Source of the DNA: Azolla caroliniana
Taxonomy: Eukaryota; Plantae; Polypodiophyta
Assembly: GCA_043228905.1 (NCBI GenBank)
Contig: JBHGNT010000094.1
Span: 1-64,000 of the forward strand
Direction: 5' to 3'
DNA length: 64,000 bases
The notes beneath the pieces were generated by a model, which saw nothing but the letters and a program-made list of their open reading frames with translations, had not been told where the DNA came from and ran no database searches. Within the stretch, counting starts at the first letter, position 1, and the number at the start of each line of letters is the position of its first letter. The position numbers and the translations under genes were made by a program. Positions 40,246-52,802 of the stretch are shown one piece after another.

Positions 40246-43200
40246 TGATAGGGTGTATAAGATAATAGATAGTTATACACTATATGAGGGCTTGACCAAA
40301 CCGATTAGATGGAGTTGAAAATCATAATATATTATATAGCTCTAGGTAATTATGATTAGAGAGTATAACTCAAGAAACTAAGAAAAAAGATAGAGAAAGC
40401 GAGCAAGAAATAAGAATGTTCTGATATTCCAACATCAAGAGAATACAAAGGAGACAAACTCCACATTGAACTAAAACCAAAGACCTTCCTCTTCTAAGAC
40501 ACTTCCTCTTCCACAAAGACACTTCTTCCTAACACTCCTCATCCACTCTTTGGCCTTCACTCTTCGCCTTCTTCCTCACTAATATCACTTCTTCTTTTAT
40601 AACCTTCCTCTTCTTATCCACGTTCATGCTATTTTTAGAAGCTTTTTATCTCCCTATTTTTAGCTATGACACGTCGACCTTCTAATCGTCATATCTCCCT
40701 CATCCGATATCCAAATTAAGCGATTTAAAAAGCTATAGAAAGCTCTTTTTACAAGCTTTCTAATCCATATTTAAACGTGATATTTGGATAAACAACGAGG
40801 GAGTTATGACCATTCTATTTTTACTGTTTTTTATAGTCTGCGTTTTCTCTTTTTACTTTTCTCTTGGTCTCGTACTTTTACTTTTGACTTCTTCCCTAAG
40901 CTCTTAGTTCGTGTTCTTATCCTCCAAATGTGAATTATCCATACTTTATATCCATCTAGTGTTCAATGGTTTGAATTCAAAAAACACTTTCACATTTAGC
41001 TCCCCCCCCCCCCTTGCTTGTTGAGCGAACCATTTATGGTGAGCCGAAGATAAAAAGAATAAAAAAAAAACTCCTTCGCCTTATGGTAGGCTATAGACAA
41101 AGAAGGAGAGAAGAAAAAGAAACAAACTATGTGAGTAAAACCCCCGCTAGTCGGTAGGAAAAACCTCACACTCCTAGACACACCCACACACACATTGACA
41201 ATTCCATCATCATCTTTCTCCTTGTCAACACAAAGAAAGAGGTTACCACAATCATTATGTCTTCGTTAACTCTCCAAAGACTAGTAGGGCCATGGGATAC
41301 ATCACTCTTGATAGCAGTAAGCATGTCAACATATAAATGAATCTTTCGAGCGAGCGCACCTTTTGCACAAATACTTTCAAAGCTTCAAGACTTGTCGGAA
41401 TTGTCATCTTTGTAATTATGTTAATCTTTGAATCATCCACATGAAATCCTTTTTGGCACAACATATTGTCCACACTACCTTGTTTTGTATAAACAACCAT
41501 TTTATCGACAATCTCATCTCGAGAAGGAAGTGAAAATTCATCTCGTTTGGTCGAATCATTCAAGGCTTTGAAATTGATCTCATTCTTCTTTGGAACCAAA
41601 ACTATAGGTGACACACACCTCAAATCTTCCATCTTATAATTGGAACTTTCTTGTAACCATGCGTTGAACTCTTGCATAAATTCTTCCTTTTGTTCAACAC
41701 TCAATTGCCGAAGCTTTGGGGAAATTGATACACTTTCCTTCAAGTTGATGTGGTATTTGTTGCAAGCTTCTCCTCTTATTCCAAAACACTTGATGAACAC
41801 ATCCTCCACTATGCTTGTGCAATGCACCACTCCACTATCTACTACAACCACCCTTGTTGAAGATGACCTACTAATAGGAATTCCTACTTTGTTTACTACA
41901 AATTCAGAAATCAAGCTTACCCTAGCACCACTATCACCCAAGGCATCTTTGATGTGAACCCCTTTGATGGAGACAGGGATGATTGGACGTATGTCCTTTC
42001 GATCTTCTACTCGCATGATCCCCACGTAATGCACGGTCTTTTGACTTTGGCAAATACTCACAAGCCTCCCCCACTCATTTTGTAATGTGGATGATAATTG
42101 GAGAAGTTGCGGCCATGTTATCCTTGGTCCACTCGATATCAATTCATGCTTCCGATTGAAAGATTCTACACCTTCTCCCATAGGAATATCCTCCATCTTT
42201 ATCTTCCTTCTAGAGTGTCTCCTTCTCAATTTGTCCTCTTTCTCATTCTCCTTAGACTTCTTCTTTTGTCTTGAGTCACTAGATTCTCCTTCAACTTCTT
42301 TCTCCTTTTGCGAGGCTCTTGTCCTTTTCACAAGAGCTACTTCACAAGCACTATCACTATCATCAATAAAATTAAGAAGATTCACATTATGAGGAATTGT
42401 AGGAACCTGAGTCATTGGAAGTGTTATGGATTCGCCTCCTTCGACTCCATTGTTGATAGGTCGTTGTCCATTCCGTTGCACTTCATACATGTCTCTTTCC
42501 ATACCTCTTTGTTGTCGATGAGGACATCTTGTTGAGTGTCCCTCCTCTTGACAAGAATAACAAATTACACCGTGATGCCCTCTAGAGCCACCACCATCGG
42601 GAATAGTGTTGCGAATTGCTTGGGATTGTTGCAAGTGGGCCATCACTTCATCAAAGCGCCGATTCACCAACGCCATTGTATCTTGTTCACTCTTCACTTG
42701 TTCCACTTCTTGAGATATACTTGTTGGGTTTATTGTTGTGGTGGTATACACATTTGGAAACACTTGTCCACCATGCACAATTGAAGATAAGGCTTGAAAG
42801 TTGGCACGAGGCATCAAATTTGCACCCAAAGCCGTCATTTGGGGATCCCCCATGGAACTCATCATCTTCACTTGTCGATCATAATCTTGACAAACTTGGA
42901 GAAGAGCTTGAAAAGTCGTTGGATCCTTCAAGCTTGCCTCCAAACGGAAATGTATATCAAGGCCCACCTTAAATTGTTCTATCTTAAACCACTCGTCTTC
43001 GGTGCCACCACGAAGACGAATCCACGTCGTCCACAATTCTTGGAAATTTCGTTCATACTCTAAAAAACCAAAAGGTGATTCCATCTTTAGTTGAAATAGC
43101 TCTTCCCTTACTTCGGTTGCACTTCGTCGTTGAATATATTTGGCACGAAACTGGTGCACCAACAATTGATATGCTCCCTGTTGGTTTGGAGGAAGAGAGT

Positions 43201-44192
43201 CATACCAATCTCGTGCTCGACCATAGAATGTAGCTACTAATAAAGGTAACTTCTCATTGTCGGTGATGCGTCCAATAGAGACAGCATGATGCTCAAAAGA
43301 TGCCAAAAAGGCACCCGCATCTTGTGTTCTTTCACCTGAAAATGCAAATTGCATAGCTAAGTTAATGTAATATAGTAACACAATTAAATGATAAGTTCTC
43401 CCTTCTATACGGAAAGGATCCACCCTCCCTGGAGCGCCAAAAATGATAGGGTGTATAAGATAATAGATAGTTATACACTATATGAGGGCTTGACCAAACC
43501 GATTAGATGGAGTTGAAAATCATAATATATTATATAGCTCTAGGTAATTATGATTAGAGAGTATAACTCAAGAAACTAAGAAAAAAGATAGAGAAAGCGA
43601 GCAAGAAATAAGAATGTTCTGATATTCCAACATCAAGAGAATACAAAGGAGACAAACTCCACATTGAACTAAAACCAAAGACCTTCCTCTTCTAAGACAC
43701 TTCCTCTTCCACAAAGACACTTCTTCCTAACACTCCTCATCCACTCTTTGGCCTTCACTCTTCGCCTTCTTCCTCACTAATATCACTTCTTCTTTTATAA
43801 CCTTCCTCTTCTTATCCACGTTCATGCTATTTTTAGAAGCTTTTTATCTCCCTATTTTTAGCTATGACACGTCGACCTTCTAATCGTCATATCTCCCTCA
43901 TCCGATATCCAAATTAAGCGATTTAAAAAGCTATAGAAAGCTCTTTTTACAAGCTTTCTAATCCATATTTAAACGTGATATTTGGATAAACAACGAGGGA
44001 GTTATGACCATTCTATTTTTACTGTTTTTTATAGTCTGCGTTTTCTCTTTTTACTTTTCTCTTGGTCTCGTACTTTTACTTTTGACTTCTTCCCTAAGCT
44101 CTTAGTTCGTGTTCTTATCCTCCAAATGTGAATTATCCATACTTTATATCCATCTAGTGTTCAATGGTTTGAATTCAAAAAACACTTTCACA
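40246..44192 (-). mobile_element. Non-autonomous gypsy-type element G (TR-GAG-like) with apparently identical 749-bp LTRs
   Basis: LTRs 40246-40994 and 43444-44192, TSD GTTAG, minus-strand PBS TGGCGCTCCAGGGAGGG (tRNA-Asn-like, tentative), G-rich PPT at ~40999-41015. Confidence 0.95.
41255..43423 (-). CDS. Gag, Zn knuckle and protease fused to collapsed RT remnants (722-aa open frame; first ATG ~43354)
   Basis: Gag helices (ARDWYDSL), CYSCQEEGHSTRC, ALGDSGA, VSPIVLVPKK..INFKALN..KRDEFSLP; no YxDD, RNase H or integrase. Confidence 0.85.
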   Translation of the reverse strand: MDPFRIEGRTYHLIVLLYYINLAMQFAFSGERTQDAGAFLASFEHHAVSIGRITDNEKLPLLVATFYGRARDWYDSLPPNQQGAYQLLVHQFRAKYIQRRSATEVREELFQLKMESPFGFLEYERNFQELWTTWIRLRGGTEDEWFKIEQFKVGLDIHFRLEASLKDPTTFQALLQVCQDYDRQVKMMSSMGDPQMTALGANLMPRANFQALSSIVHGGQVFPNVYTTTTINPTSISQEVEQVKSEQDTMALVNRRFDEVMAHLQQSQAIRNTIPDGGGSRGHHGVICYSCQEEGHSTRCPHRQQRGMERDMYEVQRNGQRPINNGVEGGESITLPMTQVPTIPHNVNLLNFIDDSDSACEVALVKRTRASQKEKEVEGESSDSRQKKKSKENEKEDKLRRRHSRRKIKMEDIPMGEGVESFNRKHELISSGPRITWPQLLQLSSTLQNEWGRLVSICQSQKTVHYVGIMRVEDRKDIRPIIPVSIKGVHIKDALGDSGARVSLISEFVVNKVGIPISRSSSTRVVVVDSGVVHCTSIVEDVFIKCFGIRGEACNKYHINLKESVSISPKLRQLSVEQKEEFMQEFNAWLQESSNYKMEDLRCVSPIVLVPKKNEINFKALNDSTKRDEFSLPSRDEIVDKMVVYTKQGSVDNMLCQKGFHVDDSKINIITKMTIPTSLEALKVFVQKVRSLERFIYMLTCLLLSRVMYPMALLVFGELTKT

Positions 44193-44826
44193 GTTAGGAT
44201 TTCGGTCCCTCCGGATGGGATATGAGTTCCTGGCAACGGAAGACCCGGTGAGAACTGGATGATGCAGGTCCGGTGTCACCGGATGAAGGGTCATATATGT
44301 AAATATGTTCCAGAGAGCCCACTCGGGTTATATTTGTAAATAGCCCGAAAGTTATATTAGTATAAATATGACCTAGGGCAAACTCCTGAGGGTGTTGACA
44401 CTATTTGTTGTATAGAGATATTGAGTGTAACTCTGTACAGTGTGTGTGTGAGAGAGAGAGAGAGAGATACATATCGATTCTCTATTGTAACTGCCGCCAG
44501 GCAAAGATTGTGAGCAAGAGGTTGTTACCTCTGTGTTCACCTGTTGTATTCCTCTAGACATAGTGATAGTTGGAGTTTGTGGACTCCCGTGGTTTTTCCC
44601 ATTTAGGGTTTTCCACGTAAACATACTGTGTACTGTCGAATACGAGTGTATAATGGCCGTATTCACACTATCCCTTTGGACAACCCAAGTTTGGGCTATT
44701 TCTGTAAATAGCATAAAGGGCAGTTGCCCTACGATAGTCACTATATAAAGTGACTTTGTAACCTTTAGTGAAGGTTGGTTGTCATTTGTAACTATTACTA
44801 TTAAGAAATAAAATGTTTCTTTGTGC

Positions 44827-44874
<48 letters not shown>

Positions 44875-47800
44875 GTATCTTGTTCATTCTCATACACAGG
44901 TCCTTCAACATCACAGATGTTGTTTGTTCTTCCGAATTGACGACCTTGTCCCCAACATTTGGTATCAGAGCGTTAGAGGTTCTTCAACCCGCTGCTGGCC
45001 GTCATAGTACACCACACAACACTTTGTTTTTGTTTTTCTTGAAGAACATAGAAGAGAGAAAAAAACAAGAAGTCTGCATCTCACTATGTTAAATCACTAA
45101 TTGGAGTAAGCTGGCCGGTTGTACTCTGTTCCTGTGATTGTAACCACCTGAGATTGGTCTCCAGGCAACAACCAAATTTGTGCTTCATTCGGTTGATCGA
45201 CATTCGGGAGGATCAGGTGGATCTGTCCCTCTCATCGCTGCAGTCATCTGAAGCAGAATCGGACTAAACAATCAGTTTCTTGTGATCGATATTCGGCATA
45301 CAATTGGAAGCTAACCGTAGTCACTCCAAGACGGTTCAGCAAACAAGTATCCGAAACCAAACCGACTCGGGTTCAAGACCGACTAGAACGATATCAGGTG
45401 AGTCGATCGGCTACACCCAACTAAGGTTCCTAGTCAACTCCGAACAAAGTCTTACCAACCGAAACCAAATCAGATGGAATCAACATCCAGCTCATCGGAG
45501 ATGAGTCTAAGGAGGTTCGACGGTTCGAACTTCAACTTCTGGAAGGAACAAATGCAGGACTATCTCATAGTCAAGGGTCAGATAGACCCGATTGAGAATG
45601 AAAATCCTCCAGAAGCATACAAGGCAAACGAGTGGCTAAAGCTAGACAGAATCGTCTGTGCCACGATTCGGATGCACTTGTCGGAGTCAGTGTACTTCAT
45701 AGTGCAATGATGCTCGACAGCTTTTGAACTTTGGAAAACACTGCCGGAAACTTATGAAAAGAAGGTAGCCGCAACGAAGATGTATCTGATCCAGCGCCTC
45801 TACAACTTGCTAATGAAAGAATCTAATTCGGTTCAGGCACACCTCAACGAGTACGAAAGCCTAAACTTCCAAATATCGTCTCAGGGGACGGCAATAGAGG
45901 ATGAACTCAGAGCAATGATACTCATGAGTAGTCTCCCCTCTTCTTGGGAAACTTTCGTCACAACTGTGTGCGATGCTTCAACAACTGCCATTAAGTACTC
46001 CAAAATCACGAGCGCAATCCTGACTGAAGCAACTCGGAGAAAGTCTTTCGCCAAAGACTCTGCAGATGAAGCTTACATAGTACAAGGTTTGACCGACCGA
46101 TCGAACAACCGGGGAAGAAGCTCTTCCCGACCGCCGAATAATCAGCGAAGCCGGAGCAAGTCCCGGGACAACCGAATCTGCAACTACTGCAACAAACCGG
46201 GACACATCAAAGCCGACTTTCGGGCACTTAAAGCAAAAACCGACAAAGCTCAAAGAGCAGATCAGAAGAGTAGCCGGCATGAGGAGGTCAACTACGTCAG
46301 CTGTTCAGCCGAAATTTTGACGACCAACCCGAACATACTGTCCATAGAGAACCCAGTCGAATCAGAAGTTCTGCTTACGACTAAGGAATCGAGCACATGC
46401 CTCCTGGACTCGGGCCATCGTATCATGTGACACCTCACTGATCTCAGTTCCGGAAATACTCGGACCGGCACTCCAACTCAGTTCGAGTCGGGAACTCGCA
46501 ACACTGTGCCATAATCGGAATCGGCACCGTAGAGCTCAACCTTCCGTGTGGCTCTACACTCATACTGCACAACGTCTGACACGTTCCTGAGCTTTCAAGA
46601 CCCTTGATCTCAGTTGGAAAACTTGACAAAGCCTGCATCTATGCCGAGTTCTCATCAGGAGGATGGACACTCCATAAAGAGAACCTCCTGCTTGCTTGAG
46701 GACCAAAGGTACACTCTTTATACCCTTTATATGTCACACTCAAAGAGGGTGACTTATTTTTTGTTGATATCCCCGTGTCATCGTTATGGCACGGACGACT
46801 TGGACACCTCACCAAGGCCGGCATAACGCACCTATCTAGAGCCGGTTACATCCCCATGCTCTCCTTCTCGGATCACCAATTCTGCGAGCATTGCCAGTAC
46901 GGCAAACAGGTAGCCGCATCACACCCGACATCAGCACCAAGAGAATCGAGTCCCCTCGATTTGGTCCACTCACATCAGTCTCTCGGCAGTGCTTCGTACT
47001 TCGTCAGTTTTATTGACGCCTCAACTCGGAAGTTGTGGGCTTACCCCATTAGAACCAAAGATCGGGTGTTCTTGATCTTCTCCGAATGGCTTGCAATGGT
47101 CGAAAACCAGACCGGTCAAAAACTAAAATTTCTTCGAACCGATAATGGAGGAGAATTCAAGTTTGACGAATTCGTCAAATTTTGCCGGGAACGTGGCATT
47201 CGACGTGAATATACGACACCCTATAGTCCAGAGCAGAACAGAATTGCTAAACGCATGAATCAGACGATTCAAGAACGCATAGTATCCATGCTCCAACACT
47301 CCGGACTGTCAGATGGATTTTGGGCGGAGGCTCTACCTACGGCAATACACATAATAAATATGTCTCCAAGTAGACCTCTAGGATTTAAAATACCTCAGGA
47401 AACATGGACCGATAGTAAGCCAAATTATGACAAGCTGAGGATCTTCAGCTGCGAGGCGTATGCCCTCATACCGAAAGACGACTGCCGGAAACTCGAACCA
47501 AGATCAAGGAAATGCATTTTCCTTGGATATGGACCTAACAGTGAGATCGGATACCGACTTTGGGATCCCGAGCACAGACAAATCATCCGAAGTTCGGACG
47601 TCGTGTTCAACGAGTCGGCTATGCATAAAACAGCCGAAAGGCCTATTGAAGTCTGAAGGGTAATATTTTCTGAAGTGCCAACCCTTCATGAAGGCCCAGC
47701 CCACAGCACGAGATCGGTTTCACGGGTAATCGATACCTCTCGTCCGGAATCCACCGATTCAGCATAGCCGAATGGCTCGCCTTCCGACCATCCGACACCT

Positions 47801-50045
47801 ATACTCGGTGCGACCAATCCAGTCATACCTCGAAGATCTGAGAGACTGTCGCAACCTCCGGAAAGGTACTCTCCTGGAATTTTCTTTACTGACGCCGGCG
47901 AACCGACGTCTTACGAAGAAGCATCGGCATCTGCCAACTTAGCAACTTGGCATCTGGCGATGGAGTCGGAAATGCACTCCATTCGCGCAAACAAGACTTG
48001 GGACTTGGTCGAATTACTGAAGAATCGACGTGCTCTTCCGTGTAAGTGGGTCTATCGACTTAAAAGAGATGTCTGACTCGACCAACCCAAAGTACAAGGC
48101 CAGATTAGTTGCGAAGGGATTTCGACCAGAATATGGCGTCGACTTCGACGAAATCTTTTCACCAGTGGTGAAAATGACAACCCTTCGTTTCATGCTCAAC
48201 GTCGTGGCCGCCGACAACTTGGAGCTGATTCAGCTAGATGTAAAAACGACATTCCTCCACGGTGACCTACAGGAGGAAATCTATATGGAGTAGCCGAAAG
48301 GCTTTGTGGCATCCAGCTAGGAACATCTAGTCTGCTGACTCATGAAGAGCTTATACAGCCTAAAACAAGCACCCTGATAGTGGTACAAGAAGTTCGACGA
48401 CTTCATTCAGTCGGTCGGCTTCTCCAAGAGCGATGAGGACCATTGTCTCTTCACCAAAACAGCTCAAGTCGGGTCTCCCGTCTTCCTCATCATTTACGTG
48501 GACGAAATGCTACTCTCCGGCCAACATGCCGGAGAGCTCACCGAACTCGTTCAGAAACTGCGGTTGAAGTTTTCCAAGAAGGACCTCGGTCCGGCAAGAC
48601 ACATACGTGGTATGAAGATTAGTTGGCATCGTGATAAACGACAACTTTTCTTGTCTCAAACCAACTACATCGGATTTGTCTTGGAATGCTTCAACATGCA
48701 CTCGGTCAAGTCTGCTTCAACCCTGCTCCGTATGAAGTCGGTACCGTATGCACCGGTAGTCGGCTCCCTTATGTATGCGATGGTCGCAACACAGCCTGAT
48801 ATTTCTCACGCCGTAGGAGTTGTCAGCAGATTCATGCACAACCCAGGCCGATCGCACTGGAACGCAGTCAAGCATGTGTTTAGATATCTAGCTGGCACAA
48901 AAGACCACGACATTCTTTTTGGCCCAAACTCAACCTCAGGCGTAGTCGATTATACCGACTCGGACTTCGCCGGCTTCGTGGACAGCCAGAAATCAACAAC
49001 CAGATATTGTTTCAAATTCAGCAATGGAGCAATCTCGTGGAAGTCGAAACTTCTGGAGTGCACAACCACCTCAACAACCGAAGCGGAATATGTAGCTATG
49101 TCCGACGCGGCAAAAGAAGCTTTATGGCTCAGTCGGCTGGCACACACGTTTCGACAAGTCAACCTCGACTTGGTTCCAGTTGTCTACAACGACAGTCAGG
49201 GTGTTGTTGCTTTGTCAAAAAATCCGGTTCACCACAACGCCTCCGAGCATATCGATGTTCGATATCACTTTGTTCAGGACTGTGTCGTTTCAGGGAAAAT
49301 CGGTCTCAAGAAGATATCCACAACTAATAATGTCGCAGATGGAATGACCAAGTGTCTTTCGGCGGATCGCTTCCAATCCCTTCGGCACCAGATTGACATA
49401 ACGAAAAATCGGTCCGGTTAAAAAGTCGGACACACAGCACAGGATGGTTTCGGACAACCGACATCGGTTCTTTGAGGATCGGCTTCAGCTTTTTCGACCC
49501 GACCGGTTTAGTCTTCTGTCTTCAAATCTTGCCGACTCGAACAAAACCGATCTGTCCGATAAACCTTGTATATACCTGTAATTTAAGATAACCCATTTAT
49601 ACGCCCATTAAGGGGGAGTGTCGAATACGAGTGTATAATGGCCGTATTCACACTGTCCCTTTGGATAGCCCAAGTTTGGACTATTTCTGTAAATAGCATA
49701 AAGAGCAGTTGCCCTAGGATAGTCCCTATATAAAGTGACTTTGTAACCTTTAGTGAAGGTTGGTTGTCATTTGTAACTGTTGCTATTAAGAAATAAAATG
49801 TTTCTTTGTGCCTCTCTCTCTCTCTCTCTCGGTGTGTATCTTGTTCATTCTCATACACAGGTCCTTCAACATCATAGATGTTGTTTGTTCTTCCGCACTA
49901 ACGTCCTTGTCCCCAACATTACCCTCTCTCATATTGTCTGTGTGTACATGTATTCACCTCTATTCCCATTCTCTGTGTTTCGATTCAAAACGACACGATC
50001 TGAGACTCAGTTGTGGCTGAGTAATATTCCGCATATTTCTTGTCA
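44193..50045 (+). repeat. 3' LTR of copia E (starts 40240; split by G and by F)
   Basis: Pieces 40240-40245, 44198-44633 and 49919-50045 are the reverse complement of 58219-58832; flanked by CTTAT, the reverse complement of TSD ATAAG. Confidence 0.9.
44634..49918 (+). mobile_element. Full-length degenerate Ty1/copia element F
   Basis: LTRs 44634-44957 and 49619-49918, PBS TGGTATCAGAGC (tRNA-iMet) 44960-44971, PPT AAGGGGGAG, broken gag-PR-INT-RT-RH ORFs 45474-49421; imperfect TSD (GTAC/TTAC). Confidence 0.95.
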
Positions 50046-50647
50046 CTTATCACTACATATGGTCTGAACCATCTTCTTGCGAACTTTCTTGTTGTACTGT
50101 GTTGATTGTCAAGGTTGTTGTCGTAGACCAATACCCAATCTCCTTCTTCGATCTTCTTGGGATGCAGTCGATGTGTCCTATCGAACCAAATCTTGTTCTT
50201 CACTCAAGCTACCTCCATCATCTTTTGCACTTTTTCTAAATGTTCAGGCCTTCTTTCAAGTTGTCTTATCCGTGCCGCTAATAATTCTTCTCGGCTCATC
50301 TCGTTCTCCCAGGGTATTGTACCCATGAGGCGATCGTCCTTTCGATAGGCATTACCGGCTTTTGTCCATACATAAGCTCTGTCGGCATATACCCTGCCAC
50401 TGAACTGTGTGTAGTTCTGTCGGCCCACAAGGCACAGGACAATAGTCGTGGCCAGTTCCCGACTCAACCGTTGCATGCTCGTACGATGGCTTTGATGATT
50501 GGTCCATGCCCTTGCTCGATCTTACCATTCGCTTCAGGATTGTAGGCAGTCGTGAGGGAGATCTTCACGCCTAGTCGATCGAAGAGCTCTGTTTTCTTCA
50601 CGTGCATCCAACTCCCCTCGATTAGCCACTATCTTTCCCACACATCT
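50046..50647 (-). pseudogene. Middle of gypsy A integrase, inverted
   Basis: Minus strand reads CVGKIVANRGELDA...TAYNPEANGKIE...RRWFRPYVVIS, bridging 24578 and 58833. Confidence 0.9.
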
Positions 50648-50744
50648 ACATTCATTGCAAGAAACCAAAAAACCTTCAAGGTTAGTACCGTGATATAAAA
50701 TATACAATGTAGGTCACAAGAGTCGCATTACTAATTCATTAAGC

Positions 50745-51700
50745 TACACCTAATTCCCATATTACACAACTAGTACTAATCGTGAACAATGAACAACTCA
50801 CTTAGTTCCCAATTTACACAAGTAGTACTAATCATGAACAATGTACTACTAACTTAGTCAAATTACACAAGGAGTACTAATCCTGAACAATGTACCACTC
50901 ACTTAGTTGCCAAATTACTGAACTAGTACTAATAAGGAACAGAAGTAGTATAATGAACAATGTACTGCTCACTTAGTTCCCAATTTACACAAGTAGTACT
51001 AATCATGCACAATGCACTACTCACTTAGTTCCCAAATTACACGAGTACTAATCCTGAACAATGTACTACTCACTTAGTTCCCAAATTACAAAACTAGTAC
51101 TAATCATGAGCAATGTACTACTCCCTTAGTTCCCAAACTACAAAACTAGTACTAATCATGAGCAATATACTACTCACTTAGTTCCCAATTTACAAAACTA
51201 GTACTAATCATGAGCAATATACTAGTCACATAGTTCCCAATTTATAGAACTAGTACTAATCATGAACAATGTACTACTCGCTAAGTACTAATCGTCAACA
51301 ATGTACTACAAGTATAGTGTGTACTAACATTAGTACTAGGCACGTTGTAATATAGATTGGACTAACATCTAATCCAACAAATGTAGATTGGATTTTAGTA
51401 CTAACGTGGTATTTTGCACACAAGTAATACTAAACGTGATATGTGTTCTACACACCTAATTACATAACTTGTACTAATTACACCAACAGTATTAATCTTG
51501 AACAGTATTAGTACTAAACGTGATATGTGTTTGACACACCTCATTTCCAAGTTACACAAACTGTACTAATATTCAACAATTTACTATACACCTTGTTCCC
51601 AAATTACCTAACTAGTACTAATTCCCAAGTTACACAAACAATACTAACAGTCAACAGTGTACTACAACTATAGTGTCTACTAAACTAGTACTAGGCAAGT
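50745..51700. repeat. TAGTACTA-rich tandem array (~50-52-bp unit, ~11 clear copies then degenerate) in the accessory-gene intron
   Basis: Unit like CACTTAGTTCCCAAATTACAAAACTAGTACTAATCATGAGCAATGTACTACT. Confidence 0.9.
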
Positions 51701-52045
51701 TGCAATATAGATTGGACGATGTTGTACTTGGTTCCCTTTTAGTAGTAATTCTGGAAAATATCCCTTCAACTACACATACCAATTATATATTAAGAGTACT
51801 GCCAATACTAACCCACATAATTAGGGTTTGACATATTAGTTGTTAGAGATACACTAATACTAAACCATTGTTCTCCTAAATTTGAAGTATAAATTGTGGC
51901 GTACACTAGTTTGAATCCAAATGTAAATTGACATCATATAATACAAACAATAGAATAGTAGAGCCACATACCGTACGGGTGTACTTTTAAACCCCAAGCA
52001 TAGTACCACTCAGCCTCAATTGTAGTTTTACAATCCATACATGTA

Positions 52046-52802
52046 TGACGAGAACTCAAGGCTCCTTTTGCACAACGCTCGGCCACAACCGAGCGTAGGA
52101 TCATACACAGAAAGTGGGAAAGAAAACACGACACGAAGAAGAGAAGAGTACGCGGGATGTTTACGTGGAAAACCCCAAACTAGGGTAAAAAACCACGGCA
52201 GCCCACAGGCTGCAAACTATCACTATGTTAGAATGTACAACAGTGAGTTCACAGAGGCAACAACCTCGTGCTCACGATCTTCGCCACAGGCGGCAGTTAC
52301 AACAGAGGCAACGACCTCTTTCTCTCTCTCTCTCTCTGTACACAGTTACGCGCTCTCTCACTCCTTGCACCAACAAGAATGACAACAACAGTTACTAGAA
52401 GTTTGCCCTAAGTCATATTTATACTAATATGACTTTTCGGCTATTTACAAATATAGCCTCGATGGACTCTCAGAAACATATTTACGAATATGTCTCTTCA
52501 TCCGGTGAGCATTCCTCACCGGGTCTGCACCATCCGGCTCTCCGTAGTCGGGTACTCCTCATCCGGTCTTCACCGGGTCTGCACCATCCGGCTCTTCGTA
52601 GCCGGGTACTCCTCATCCAGTCTTCACCGGGTCTGCACCATCCGGCTCTCCGTAGCCGGGCACTCCTCATCCGGTCTTCACCGGGTCTGCACCATCCGGC
52701 TCTCCGTAGCCGGGTACTCCTCATCCGGTTTCGGCCTCGGCCGAGTTTGTTCATCGGCACAGTTCTTCTCCCTTCCCCTCCGGAGGGACCTGTCTCCCAA
52801 CA
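52046..52802 (-). mobile_element. Solo LTR H (copia, E-related) with four 54-bp internal tandem repeats
   Basis: TG...CA ends, TSD ATGTA (52041-52045 and 52803-52807), repeats 52517-52729. Confidence 0.93.

Noticed and set aside
50745-51310. Regular ~51-bp repeats as a CRISPR array
   Set aside because: No unique spacers, no cas genes, and a eukaryotic intron context; this is a plain tandem array
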